Part shown: positions 52,732-64,000 of the stretch, piece by piece
Numbering within the stretch: position 1 is the first letter of the stretch
How the letters are laid out: every line of letters starts with the position of its first letter
Assembly (NCBI GenBank): GCA_951406725.2
Contig: OX597836.1
Location: forward strand, 28,458,001-28,522,000
Reading direction: 5' to 3'
From: Octopus vulgaris
Taxonomy: Eukaryota
DNA length: 64,000 nt
Program-made: the position numbers and the translations under genes
Notes under the pieces: model-generated
Database searches by the model: none
Seen by the model: only the letters and a program-made list of their open reading frames with translations
What the model was told of the DNA's origin: nothing

Positions 52732-52976
52732 AAAGTAATGATCAAAATGAGGACACCAGTTTGATTAATGTAAACGGTATACATAATATATATTCCTTAT
52801 CTCAGCAATATAGAATTGTATTGTTGAACTACAGGTGACAAGAACAGTTAATCTGAATATTGAATTTACCTTTTGTAATGTTTGAATGAGATTTTCTAAA
52901 GCATTGTCTCTCTCTCTCTCTTTAGATTCTCTAAAGCACTGTTCTCCCTCTCTCACTCTCTTTTTCCCCACTCTAG

Positions 52977-53126
52977 GACAAACTTGAAAAACTTGAGAAA
53001 GAAATTGAAAAGTGGTTTCCTGAACTACCCAATGGCCAGATCCAAGAAGGGGACATTTGTGCTGCTGAAGTGGAGGGCTTTTATCACCGGGTGAAGGTTT
53101 TACAGATGAAGGAGAGCAGAAGAACT
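52977..53126 (+). CDS. TDRD7: TDRD7 exon 20, Tudor B core (DKLEKLEKEIEKWFPELPNGQIQEGDICAAEVEGFYHRVKVLQMKESRRT)
   Basis: ctag acceptor, GTAAGT donor, phase 0 to 0. Confidence 0.9.
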
Positions 53127-54779
53127 GTAAGTGGTATTTTTTTGTACTGGATTTCTAGATTGTGACATTGGCACAGTACATCACATATGTGTCCTTCCCC
53201 TCTACAGCAACTTACTGACAAGGACGGAAACCTGATATTCATGCCTTTCCCAACGAGAAATGGGTGTTGAGTTGGGCTTAAGAGAAAAAAAGAAAATGGC
53301 TTGAAGGGTGATTTATTAAATATAAAATGTTTATATGAGGAGTGGCTGTGTGGTAAAAAGTTTGCTTTCCAGCCACATGGTTCTAGGTTCAGTTCAGCAG
53401 TGTGGCACCTTGGGCAAGTGATGTGTTCTACAACCTCAGGTCAATCAAAGCCTTCTAAATGGATTTGGTAGACAGAAACTAGAAGCCCATTGTATGTATA
53501 TATGTGTGCGTGTCTGTTTACCACCACCGCCACTTGACAACCGGTGTTGGTGTGTTTATGTCCATGTAACTTAGGAGTTCGGCGAAGGAGACTGATAGAA
53601 GTACTGGGCTTAAAAAGGTACTGGGGTCAATTTATTTGATTAAAAATCATTCAAGAGGCACCCCAGCATGGCCACAGTCCTATGACTGAAACAGTTAAAA
53701 ACAAAAACGAAAATAAATGAAACTGGTGTGTACATGTGAGTTGTGGTGTCAACTATAGTAAGCGAGAGAGACAACTAAATTGGTACATGGTGGACATAGG
53801 CAGGGAATGGGTAGTAAAGTGTTTTATATCTCATCTTGTCTCAATTGGTGAAGTTCTTCATCTCCTGATTGCATGTTGTGGAAGCTCCAGCTTGGCACCT
53901 CTTCAACTAACTGACATCACGCCTGCATCAGTAAAAGATGATGGACTATTTGAACATTGTGTGTAATGTGTGCCCTTTTTTTTTTACCCTTTACTGTTTT
54001 CAGTCATTTGACTGTGGCTATGCTGGAGCAACACTCTAGCAGGTTGGTTTAGTGGAACAGATTGACCCCCAGTACTTTTTTATTTACTTTAAAGTTTGGT
54101 ACTTATTCTCTCAGTCTTTTTTGCTGAATTGCTATGTTATAGGGATGTAAACAAACCAATACTGGTTGTCAACACACACAAACACACACACATGATGGGC
54201 TTCTTCCTGTTTCCATCTGCCAAATCCACTCACAAGGCTTTGGTCAGCCCAAGGCTATAGTAGAAGACCAAGGTGCCATGCAGTTGGATTGAACTTGAGA
54301 ACATGCAATTGGGAAGCAAACTTCTTACCACAGCCTTTTGGCTTGTATAAAATGTATGAGACTGGATTTAAATGCAGTGATGTATATGTTTTAATGTGTG
54401 TATAATGTATACACTTTATAAAAAATATATAAAAGTGACTTACTAAACATTTTAAGATCTTGCATCTATGGTTACACTGTTTGAGGAGGTCGAATAAGAC
54501 TTAAACACATCCTGAGTTGTGTCCCTTTGCCGTTGCATTCTGATGTTTGATTTTAAACTTATTCTTTTACATGTTGCAGTCATTAGACCGTGGCCATGCT
54601 GGAGCACCACCTTCAGGAATTTTAATCAAACAAATCAACTGCAGGACTTTTTTTTTTAATTAAAGCCTGGTACTTATTCTATTGGTCTCTGTTGAACCAC
54701 TAAGTTATGGGGACATAAACACACCAACACTGGTTGTCAAGCTGTGGTGGGGACAAATACAGACATGAAGACACATGCT

Positions 54780-54841
<62 letters not shown>

Positions 54842-55538
54842 AGAGTAAGCACATAAATGAGAAACAAGGTGGAAAAAGAGTACTCAAATACAAGAGGTAG
54901 AGTAATATGCTTTATTTAAAAGCAGCAGAAATATAACAAAGCCTTGTGAGTAGATTTGACAGACAGAAACTGAAAGAAGCCCGTTGTGTATATATGTGTG
55001 TGTGTGTATGTCTGTTTGTCCGCCCACCATTACTTAACCGATGTTGGTGTGTTTACGTCCCTGTAACTTGGCAGTTTGCTAAAAGAGACTGATAAAATAA
55101 GTACTAGGCTTACAAAGAATAAGTCCTGGGGTCAATTTGTTCGATTAAAGGTAGTGCCCCAGCGTAGCCTCATTCAAATAACTGAAACAAATAAAAGAAT
55201 ATATATAGATATATACACAACAGGCTTTCAGTTTCTGTCCACCAAATTCACTTTTAAGGCTTTGGTCGGCCTGAGGTTATAATAGAAGACATTTTCCCAA
55301 AGTACCATGCAATAGGACTGAACCTGGAAACCTGTGATTGGGTAGTGAGCTTCTTACCACAGTCATTTCTGTCTTTTCTTAAGCAAGTGGGCTGGAATTA
55401 GTAATATAGATAACGATGTGTTTCAGTTATTACATAAAGCTGATTAATTAAAACTCCTTGCTCGCTAGGTGTGCTAGCGCTCACCTCAGTATCATTTCGC
55501 TCATATAATGTTGTTTATGCTTTCTTTTTTCCTCTTAG

Positions 55539-55634
55539 GTGGAATGCCTATTCCTTGATCATGGTGATTCCGATAGACTAGTACTCAATCAGTTACGTGT
55601 ACTAGATTCTACCTTGAATTATTTACCATACCAG
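55539..55634 (+). CDS. TDRD7: TDRD7 exon 21 (VECLFLDHGDSDRLVLNQLRVLDSTLNYLPYQ)
   Basis: ttag acceptor, CAG|GTGAGA donor, phase 0 to 0; V.C.F.D.G Tudor motif. Confidence 0.92.
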
Positions 55635-57337
55635 GTGAGAAAAATCTCAGTTCTTCATATTCTTTACAGTCTTTTAGTAATGTGTGTGGGTGATTGAGTG
55701 GGGCTTGTGCTACCCCTAATATTATCTTTCTTCTCTCTTCTACGTCCCTCTATTACCCTCAACTTGTGCGTCATTGGTCACCCATCACTCCCTACATTCA
55801 CCCTTCAGCCCTACGCAATATTTAATCTTTTAAGCATTCATGATATTTTGCCAGAATTAATACTTATTTATTCTCATTGTTTTGAACTAGTTATGCATTA
55901 TGTTTGTAGCTTTGAGGTTTTGAATAGGTAACAGGTACGTTTTAGAATGGTATTGTTGGGTTGGTGTAAGAGGCCAGATCTGACAGTTATGAACATAAAA
56001 CAGAATGCTTTCGCCGGATACAGCCGATTTATATGCTAATGGGTTAAAACTGTCTCTACCTTGCATCCTCCTCTCCATCCTATCCCTGCCCCCTGTACAG
56101 TCTTGCAAACCCCAACCAGTTCCTCTGTTCCAGCACACTTTTGCTCACCTCATACCCTGAGGAAAACCACATAGATTTGCAGTTCCTACTGATCATCCTT
56201 ACCCTCTCCTAAAGGTGAGTAACCATGTAACTCCTCTACAAGAACCAGCTTACCTCATCACCCCCAATATTCTTGCATAAACGCTGTCCCCTCTTCACCC
56301 ATCCGGCTCCCACCTGGGTATTATAGTCTTTCAAGCTGCATAGCAACCTCAGTAGTGCTAGTGGCATGAAAAAAAGACCTTGTACACACTGTAAAGTGGT
56401 TGGCATTAGGAAGGGCATCCAGCCTTAGAAACCATGCCAGAGCAGACACTGGAGCATTTATTATTATGGCTGGGTTTCAGCCCAAGCCACAGCAACAAAG
56501 TCCACCTGCCACGAGATGTGGGGATTTGCTGTACTTGAAAAGAAGCATCAAGCTAAGTAAAATCTCTGTCTTCCATACGTACAGGCTTGTCCTTTCAGGT
56601 GCTGGTGCCACATAAAAGACACCCATGCCGGTGCTGTGGAAACACACCCATGCTGGTGACATGTAAAAAGCACCCAGCACACTCCGTTAAGTGGTTGGCA
56701 TTAGGAAGGGCATCCAGCCTTAGAAACCATGCCAGAGCAGACACTGGAGCGTTTATTATTATGGTTGGGTTTCAGCCCTGGCTGCAGCAACAAAGTCCAC
56801 CTGCCACGATTCTCAGTCCCTCATCACTGCCTCGAGGTCCTGGATACGTTTCAGGCCAGTGTCTGCAATCAAGTGGACTCTGAATAGCCTGACAGCATTT
56901 TCCTCTTCTTACACCCCCATCACGTGGGTTCCACAAAAATTAATTCCGATGCTTCCAGCTCAGGCTGGCACATGCAGTGTCCAGACAGTCACAGCCGTCT
57001 TTGCTTGATCTTCTTCCTAACTTTTGTCTGGTCCTCATAAAGGATCATGATGCAGTCCTTCGATTCATCATTCCAACTTATGCTAGCATAAAGCACGGAC
57101 CTTAAATAATGATGTTTGTGTGAGATGCATTCTGTGTTGAAATTGTTGGTTTTTTTTCCTTTTTTTCCCTCTCCCTTAAGCCCTAAGTGTTCAGTTTATT
57201 CTATCAAGCATATCGTATCCTTGACAATTTGATGATGTGATTGTTAAATGTAGAATAACATTGTGGGGCATGGGGGTGGGGGTCCAGGATTTTTTTTAGG
57301 GGGTGTTGCTCAAGAGTTTTGAAAAAATACTATTTAA

Positions 57338-57558
57338 CCCTTTTGTTACCAACCTGGCTAAAACCAGCTCTAGCTCTGTAGTACAAATGTCTTGTTTCCA
57401 TAAGTTTTGAATTAAAGTCTTCCACCAAACCTTAGTCACAATTTATGTTCCTAACACTAGCTGAATGATAACTAAGTTATTTTACTAAATTCTTTGTTAT
57501 ATTTAAAATAATTGAAAGAAACACAGAGCATCTCAAAATAAATACAGTAACGAAAGGG
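57338..57558. mobile_element. piggyBac-like MITE (same family as 5600-5988)
   Basis: TTAA-flanked, cccttttgttac...gtaacgaaaggg. Confidence 0.85.
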
Positions 57559-58559
57559 TTAAGGAGAGAATCGCAATTCGTAACAAATGGACCCCATTTT
57601 TATGCATTCTGATTTTGTTGTAGCAGACCATAAGCATATGAAAGAGTAATGTTGTCCTGTGAGTCTTGATTTACCCATGGAAAGTAGTGGTCAACTGCAC
57701 TTGTGTATCATAACTGAATAACATGGTCAGTTTTTTTTTGGTGTCAGTTTGGCTAGGAAGGGTGTTACCCAAACAACTAGGACAACACCCTTGCATCTGC
57801 CACTGGGGTAGGTGTGAGAGCCTGGATTTGGCCAGTTTGAGCATAAAACAAATGGAGAATTTTGGCCAGATATGGCTGGTTTAATTGCTAAAGTGTTACA
57901 GGATGCCCTTTCTTCACTGTGAAGACTTAATCCTCCAGGGTAAATATGATTTCCCTTGAATCCCTACATGATGATTGCTGAGCAAAGGACAGTTCTGCTT
58001 TGTTGTGCTCTTTAACCCTGAGTTTAGGTTGTCATTGATGATGAAGGGCAAACATCATATGATGGTGGTTGTTATTGTTGTAGTGGATGGAGTGGATCAA
58101 ACCAGTGGTGAAAAGCATTCAAGCCATGACCATCCCAACTTTGAAACTTAGTGTATTTCAAGTAATAATCACTTTCAGCATCATTTAATGTTCATTTTTC
58201 ATGCTGGCAGGGGTTCGACAGTTTGGCAGGAGCTGGCAAGGTTGGAGAGTTGCACCAGGCTTCACTAGTCTGCTTTGGTATTGTTACTACAGCTGGATGC
58301 TCTTCCTAATGCCACCTACTTTTCAGAGTGTATGGAGTGCTTTTTATGTGGCACCAGCACCAGCAGGGTTGGTGAGTAACTTGCGAGACAAAAACCTCTC
58401 AGCTGGGAGATAACATTATTCAATTTTTCTTTTCTTTCATTTTAAGACATCAGAGTGTAATTTGTATTCCACCTGTTCTCCTCTGTGCCACAAAGGAGGT
58501 GCGGGGGGCATGAAGAAATATTATTTGTATCATTTGTTATTATTATTTTTTTTTTGCAG

Positions 58560-58672
58560 GCAATTCCTTGTGTTCTTGCTGGTTTAGAGCAATATTCTTG
58601 TAATATCGGTGCCATTGACAAGTTGATGGAAATGGCACTTGGCAAGACTTGTGTGGCAGAAGCTGTGACAAA
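58560..58672 (+). CDS. TDRD7: TDRD7 exon 22 (AIPCVLAGLEQYSCNIGAIDKLMEMALGKTCVAEAVT)
   Basis: tgcag acceptor, GTAAAC donor, phase 0 to 2; A..C.LAGLE...GK..VAE. Confidence 0.92.
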
Positions 58673-59782
58673 GTAAACACCAAACTTATTCTATCTTTCT
58701 TTGTGTGTGTGTGTGTGTGGGGGGGGGGGGCTTAGTGGTCTGGGTGTTCAACAGTACATTGTACCCTTGAGCAAAGCACTCCACTCCACTTTTTTCTGCT
58801 CCACTTAATTCTAAATAAATATGAGTAGCAACTGGTAGTTAACCTTGTGACATGCTAGTGGCCTGTGTTCTGTAGGAAGCCTTGTACACACTGTCTCTTA
58901 ACCGTTTAGCATTCAGATTATTATTCTATCTAATGTAATGTTTATTTATTCATATCACTTTGAATTAATCCTGGATTATCTCATAGCTGCAAGATGTCAA
59001 TGATGTGTGGTTGTTTAGTTTTAGATTGACACTGTAGAGTATGTGTGAGAGGCCAGATCTGGTCATAAAGCAGGTAAAATATACAAGAACAAACTTCAGT
59101 TGAATGAGTCTATATGCTTGGGAACCGAACCTGTGTGTGTGGTTGCAAAGTGTATTATAACAAAATAATTCTTTAAAAAATGTCATTCTGTTGTTCTAAT
59201 ACTGTTTCCCCACTCAGTGAAGTCCCTTGGTCAAGTGATTTGAGTGTTCAACTCCTTATCGTATGATTGTGAGTTTCTTTACCTGGACTGGTCAGTGTTT
59301 GTGTCCTTAACAACCTGATTTATTTTTCCCTGTTGTGCCAGGTTACTCTGTTGTAGCAATTGCTAACCAGATGTCGGTGCTGCCCTTTCTCTTTCTGGCT
59401 GTTGTCACATCCTTAGATGTTCCACTGGATCAAGAGTGAGGTGCTGTGAAGGAGTTCATGCCTGCTCATGACTACACAGGCAGCTAAAACAGTTGGTGAA
59501 AGTATGGTACAAATTAGCAAGACATACTTATGACGGCTACTCACTTATGTGTGTGTGTGTCTATATAGATTTATATATAGCTGAATATGTTCATATAGGT
59601 TTATATACAGCTGAGTGGATTGGAGCAACATGAGTTGAATTCCTGGGGCATGCTGTGTCCTTGAGCAAGACACTTTATTTCACATTACTGCAATTTTCTC
59701 AGCTGTCAAAAACGAGTTGCATCTGTAATGTATATGTATGTCTATCCATGTTTGTATGTATATATAAATATGACTTGGTCTG

Positions 59783-59827
<45 letters not shown>

Positions 59828-60532
59828 CGTCATCGTTTAATGTCCATTGTCCATGCTGGCATGGGTTAGACTGTTTGACCAGGGCTGGTAAACTGAAAGG
59901 CTGCACCATACTCCAGTCTGATTTAAGCATGGTTTTCTACGGTTGAATGCCCTTCCTAATGCTAACCACTCTGAGAGTGTAACCATTGCTTTTACCTGCC
60001 ACTGGCATGGGTGCCATTTGCGTGACACCGGTATGCCACACCTGTGATTTTGCTTGGCTTGATGTGTCTTCTCAAGCACGACATAATGTCTAGGGTCTCG
60101 GTCATTGCCTCTGTGAGGCCCAATCCCTGAAAGGAATTCTGACACTTTGCCTCTGTAGGGCCCAACACTCGAGTGCCATGTTGCTCCCTGCTCTTCTAAC
60201 AATAGCAGCTCAAACTCTCTCAATGAACTCCATATTCTATGTTGTTAAAGTTGAACATCAATTATGTCTGTCAAACGCAGCCATAACAGTCTATGGTTTC
60301 TGCATCTTCTGCTCTAGCCCAAAAAAATAAATAAAATAATCACATGATTTTTAGTCCTAAATTTTAGTACTTCTTGTTCCTACAATGTTTACATATATAT
60401 ATATATGCAACGGGCTTCTTTCAGTTTCCGTATATATATATATATATATATATATCTCTTATGATAAAAGGCAGATTTTCTCTGCCTCCCAAACCATTCG
60501 TTTTTTATACAATTCTACAATATAGAATTTCA

Positions 60533-60568
<36 letters not shown>

Positions 60569-60746
60569 AGATCGTTAGCTACTACACACATTTTTTTCTC
60601 TCCTTGTTTTTTCTGTGTATCTTTCTGTCGAAGAGCATAGGCTCGAAACATAAAAGACTTTCTCTATTCCTGAGCGCTATACTAATACATTTGTTTGTTT
60701 GTACTCCACCTGCTTTCATCTTTTGTTTATTTTCGTAAACTTTCCC

Positions 60747-60781
<35 letters not shown>

Positions 60782-60811
60782 CAAAATAAGCAACAAGGAT
60801 ATCCAGTGGTA

Positions 60812-60901
60812 ATGCAGTATGATCGTTTCATGCGACTCCATTTAATTGAACAACGCAAATATTACATCAGTTTTAAAATGTAGAGCAATCTTCAGCTGCA
60901 T
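60812..60901 (-). ncRNA. Degenerate hammerhead motif (Penelope-type)
   Basis: AUGCAG-CUGAAGA...GAAAC-GAUC-AUA-CUGCAU; stem III G mutated, consistent with CpG decay. Confidence 0.5.
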
Positions 60902-61273
60902 AAAAGTATAGAATTTAGTTAAATTCAAAGGATTCATTTGTATAGTTATCCTATTAACCAAAATCACAAAGAGGATAAGTAGATAGGACATGTTTCATCA
61001 ACAATATCATAGTAGTAACTGATATTTTTTCACAGGAAGACACCACTTATCATTAATTTCACTTTGTTATTTAGATTTATTACTGGGGAGGGGGTTAGTT
61101 CTAATTTTATGTGTATATATATATATATATATATAATAATTATTTGAGGGAATATTATTCCTAACTTACAGGGAAAAATTCAATTTAGAAATACTAAATC
61201 AAATTTCACAAATTATAATATATATATATATATAGTCCAACCCATGCTAGTATGGAGAACGGATATTAAATGA

Positions 61274-61300
<27 letters not shown>

Positions 61301-61311
<11 letters not shown>

Positions 61312-61506
61312 TAGAAAAAAACACCTTTTATCAATTCAAAATGAACAATTACACCATCTATTATTATTTTGCAATTTACTTAATCATCGGTATATTATTG
61401 TTATTTTAATATTAATATTTCTATTATATGTAATTTTCTAGATGGTGTAATTTAATTGTTCATTTTGAATTGATAAAAGGTGTTTTTTTTCTAATTTATA
61501 TATATA
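61301..61506. repeat. ~60-bp inverted repeat embedded in (TA)n, ~95 nt upstream of exon 23
   Basis: aaattagaaaaaaacaccttttatcaattcaaaatgaacaattacaccatcta vs its reverse complement at 61439-61497 (small indels). Confidence 0.88.
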
Positions 61507-61518
61507 TGCGTGTGTGTG

Positions 61519-61557
<39 letters not shown>

Positions 61558-61599
61558 GAGACAAATTTTCTGTTTCAATGTATTTTTCTATTTGTCCAG

Positions 61600-62266
61600 A
61601 GATAACAAGATCTTTGCAGTTTTGTATGATACAATGGGTGAAGATGACATTAACATCAACAAGGCTGTTGCAGAGTTTGCTGAATCTGAAGGGACAGATT
61701 TGCTGAGTAGTTTGGTGCACGATGGCACTGAATCCGTTTCCAGCTCAACTCTCTCTGAACTTTCAATGAAATCAACGACCACGCTAGAGAATGTGATGAA
61801 GCAGTCCGGCTTGAAGGACTCGGCGACCTCGCCCACTGCCAGTAGTAGCAGCCACACCTCGCCTGTGTCTGGGCATCCGCCAGATTCACCGGCCAGCTTC
61901 TCCCTACATCACCCTAACCCTAACTCTCCAGATAGTAGTAGCAGCAGCAGCGTTTGTTCCGGTATTGTCACCGGCTTGCCTGGCAGCTCGACACCACTCA
62001 GCAGATCTTCCGATAGAATCTCAGCAAAGACACCAGAGACCCCAGCCATGTCGACCACTTCAGCAGTTGTTACTCCCAACAGCAGTGACTTTCCCTCTTC
62101 AACGAGTTCTGTTATCAGTAGTTGTAGTGATTCATCGAATACTGATGCTGTTTGGTCAAAGGCTGACTACATCAAGTTGAAGCCGCCGGGACCCTTCAAA
62201 ATGGCTCCCATCCCAGATGTGACCTTCGTGTATATCGACTACATAGCTGACCCTTCTAACTTTCAT
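61600..62266 (+). CDS. TDRD7: TDRD7 exon 23 (DNKIFAVLYDTMGEDDININK...Ser-rich linker...TFVYIDYIADPSNFH)
   Basis: ccag acceptor, GTAAGT donor, phase 2 to 0; diagnostic VLYDT.GEDDININ; ends in start of next eTudor. Confidence 0.93.
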
Positions 62267-62492
62267 GTAAGTATTCACCATTGTATTTTATTCTTCCCGT
62301 CTTTTTATCTCTCACTTGCTTCAGTCGTTAGACTGTGACCAAGCTGGGGCGCTGTCTTGAATTTTTAGATGAATGAACTGAACCCCGGGTACTTATTCCA
62401 TCGGTCTCGTTTTTGCTGAACTGGTGACACACCAACACCAGTTGTCAAGTGGTGGTTGGGGACAAACACAGACATAACAACACACAACATAG

Positions 62493-62533
<41 letters not shown>

Positions 62534-63269
62534 CATACATACACACACACACACACAGATATATATATGGTAGACTTTCTTCAGTTTCCATCTAGTAAAT
62601 CCACTCACAAGGCTTTGGTTGGCCTGAGGTTATAGTAGAAGACACTTGCCCAAAACTGCCACACACTGGGACTGAACCCAGAACTATGTGGTTGGGAAAC
62701 AGGCTTCTTACCCCACAGCCATGCCTGCATCTATATTTGTTTACTTCTTTCCACACACACTTGTTTATTTTGGTGCAGTGGCTGTGGGTTTAACCCTTTG
62801 ACATTTAAACCAACCTATCCAGCTCAAATATTCTACCCAGTTTTATGTTAAAACTGGTCAGATCCAGCCTCTTACACCTGCCCTACAGTGTCACTCTAAA
62901 AATATACAGTCACATCATTGAAATGTCAAAGCTACAAGATAATGCACGATTAATTCAAAATAATGCGAATAAATAAGCAATACGTTTGAGAAAGTAAAGT
63001 GAGTGCTAAAGGGTTAACATGTTGGACTACTGACCACCTGGTCATAAGTTCAAACCTTACAACAGCCACCACTGTTGTACTGTGCCCCTGAGAAAGTTCT
63101 CTTGCTCAAGCTTCACACCAGCTTCATCGTTCACTGATTGGGAATAGAAAAGAGCATCCACCCATAAAAACAGTCAGTCGATCCCATTCATGCAGGTATA
63201 AAATAGTGGAGTCATCCATCGATCAATCGATCCATCCATCTCTCTCCCACTGCTTTTGAGGTCATGGGG

Positions 63270-63765
63270 GTAGAGCACTCAGGCACCTCTTCCATAGGGT
63301 CTTATCAGAATGAACTGTCATAACACTTTCTGGTTGCATTCCCAAATGACCAACTATGGACATAATCCAACCATCCTAGTCTTGGCTTGCCCCTACATCA
63401 CCTGCCAGTTGGCTCAGCTTAAAGAATCCATCTTGCAATTTTTTCCTGCAACATTTTAATAACATGTCTATAGTATTAAGGCTGTGATTTCTCAATGTGG
63501 AGAAGTCCCAATTCCTGGGAGGGTCATGATAGTGAAGTCCTCAGGCCCTTCCTCCATAGGGCCCTCATCAGGTGCAACTGTCGTTAGACTTTCCAGCTGA
63601 ATTCCCAAGCATGACCAGCTGAGACCATGGACATTATCCAACCATCTCATTTCTTAAGTCTCCTACCAGTTTGCTTGGCTTGAAGAATCCATCATGCAAA
63701 TATGTCCTGTCACATTCCAATCCCATGTCCACAGCGCCAGAACTGTGACCTCCTCAATATGGAAA
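63270..63765 (-). mobile_element. Two degraded RTE-type LINE 3' fragments
   Basis: Minus-strand translation gives LHIEKSQ..Y.HV..M.QE...R.IL.A.PTG...RGKPR..WLD. Confidence 0.6.
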
Positions 63766-64000
63766 AGAAATGTTTTATTGTAAAGTAAAAAGCAAAAGAA
63801 AAAAAAAGCACCTCCAAAATTTATCTTTGTGATGTTGTGGCATAATGTTGATTGACATTAAGTTTCAGGGGTCAAACAAATCGCTTACTCTAACCGTGGC
63901 CCCTCTCATTAGGAAGGGACATAACTTTGATTGCCTCAACATTCGCTAACAAATTGATTTTATTCCATGGTTGATTGGTTTGGTTAATAACAACAAACAA

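Overview
Animal (eukaryotic) genomic DNA, very rich in microsatellites and SINEs. The repeat families look like those of Octopus/coleoid cephalopods (inference from repeat content). The window holds the 5' part of one spliced + strand gene, a TDRD7/Tapas-like germ-granule (piRNA pathway) protein. I assembled 23 phase-consistent GT-AG coding exons (5370-62266, ~1007 codons), and the gene runs off the right edge. The domain order is eLOTUS - low-complexity linker - dsRBD-like - LOTUS - extended Tudor (intact aromatic cage) - extended Tudor (TDRD7-type, degenerate cage) - Ser/Pro/Thr-rich linker - start of a further Tudor. Introns contain tRNA-derived SINEs, piggyBac-like and 8-bp-TSD MITEs, RTE/BovB, CR1, Penelope and mariner remnants, and local duplications. 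Highlights: (1) a ~370-bp non-coding retroelement whose 5' end folds as an HDV-like self-cleaving ribozyme; (2) several minimal hammerhead ribozyme motifs; (3) a template-switch inverted insertion bracketing two in-frame Tudor exons (circRNA/skipping potential); (4) a copied splice acceptor that could create a poison isoform. Exon and fold calls were made by eye; no database search was run.
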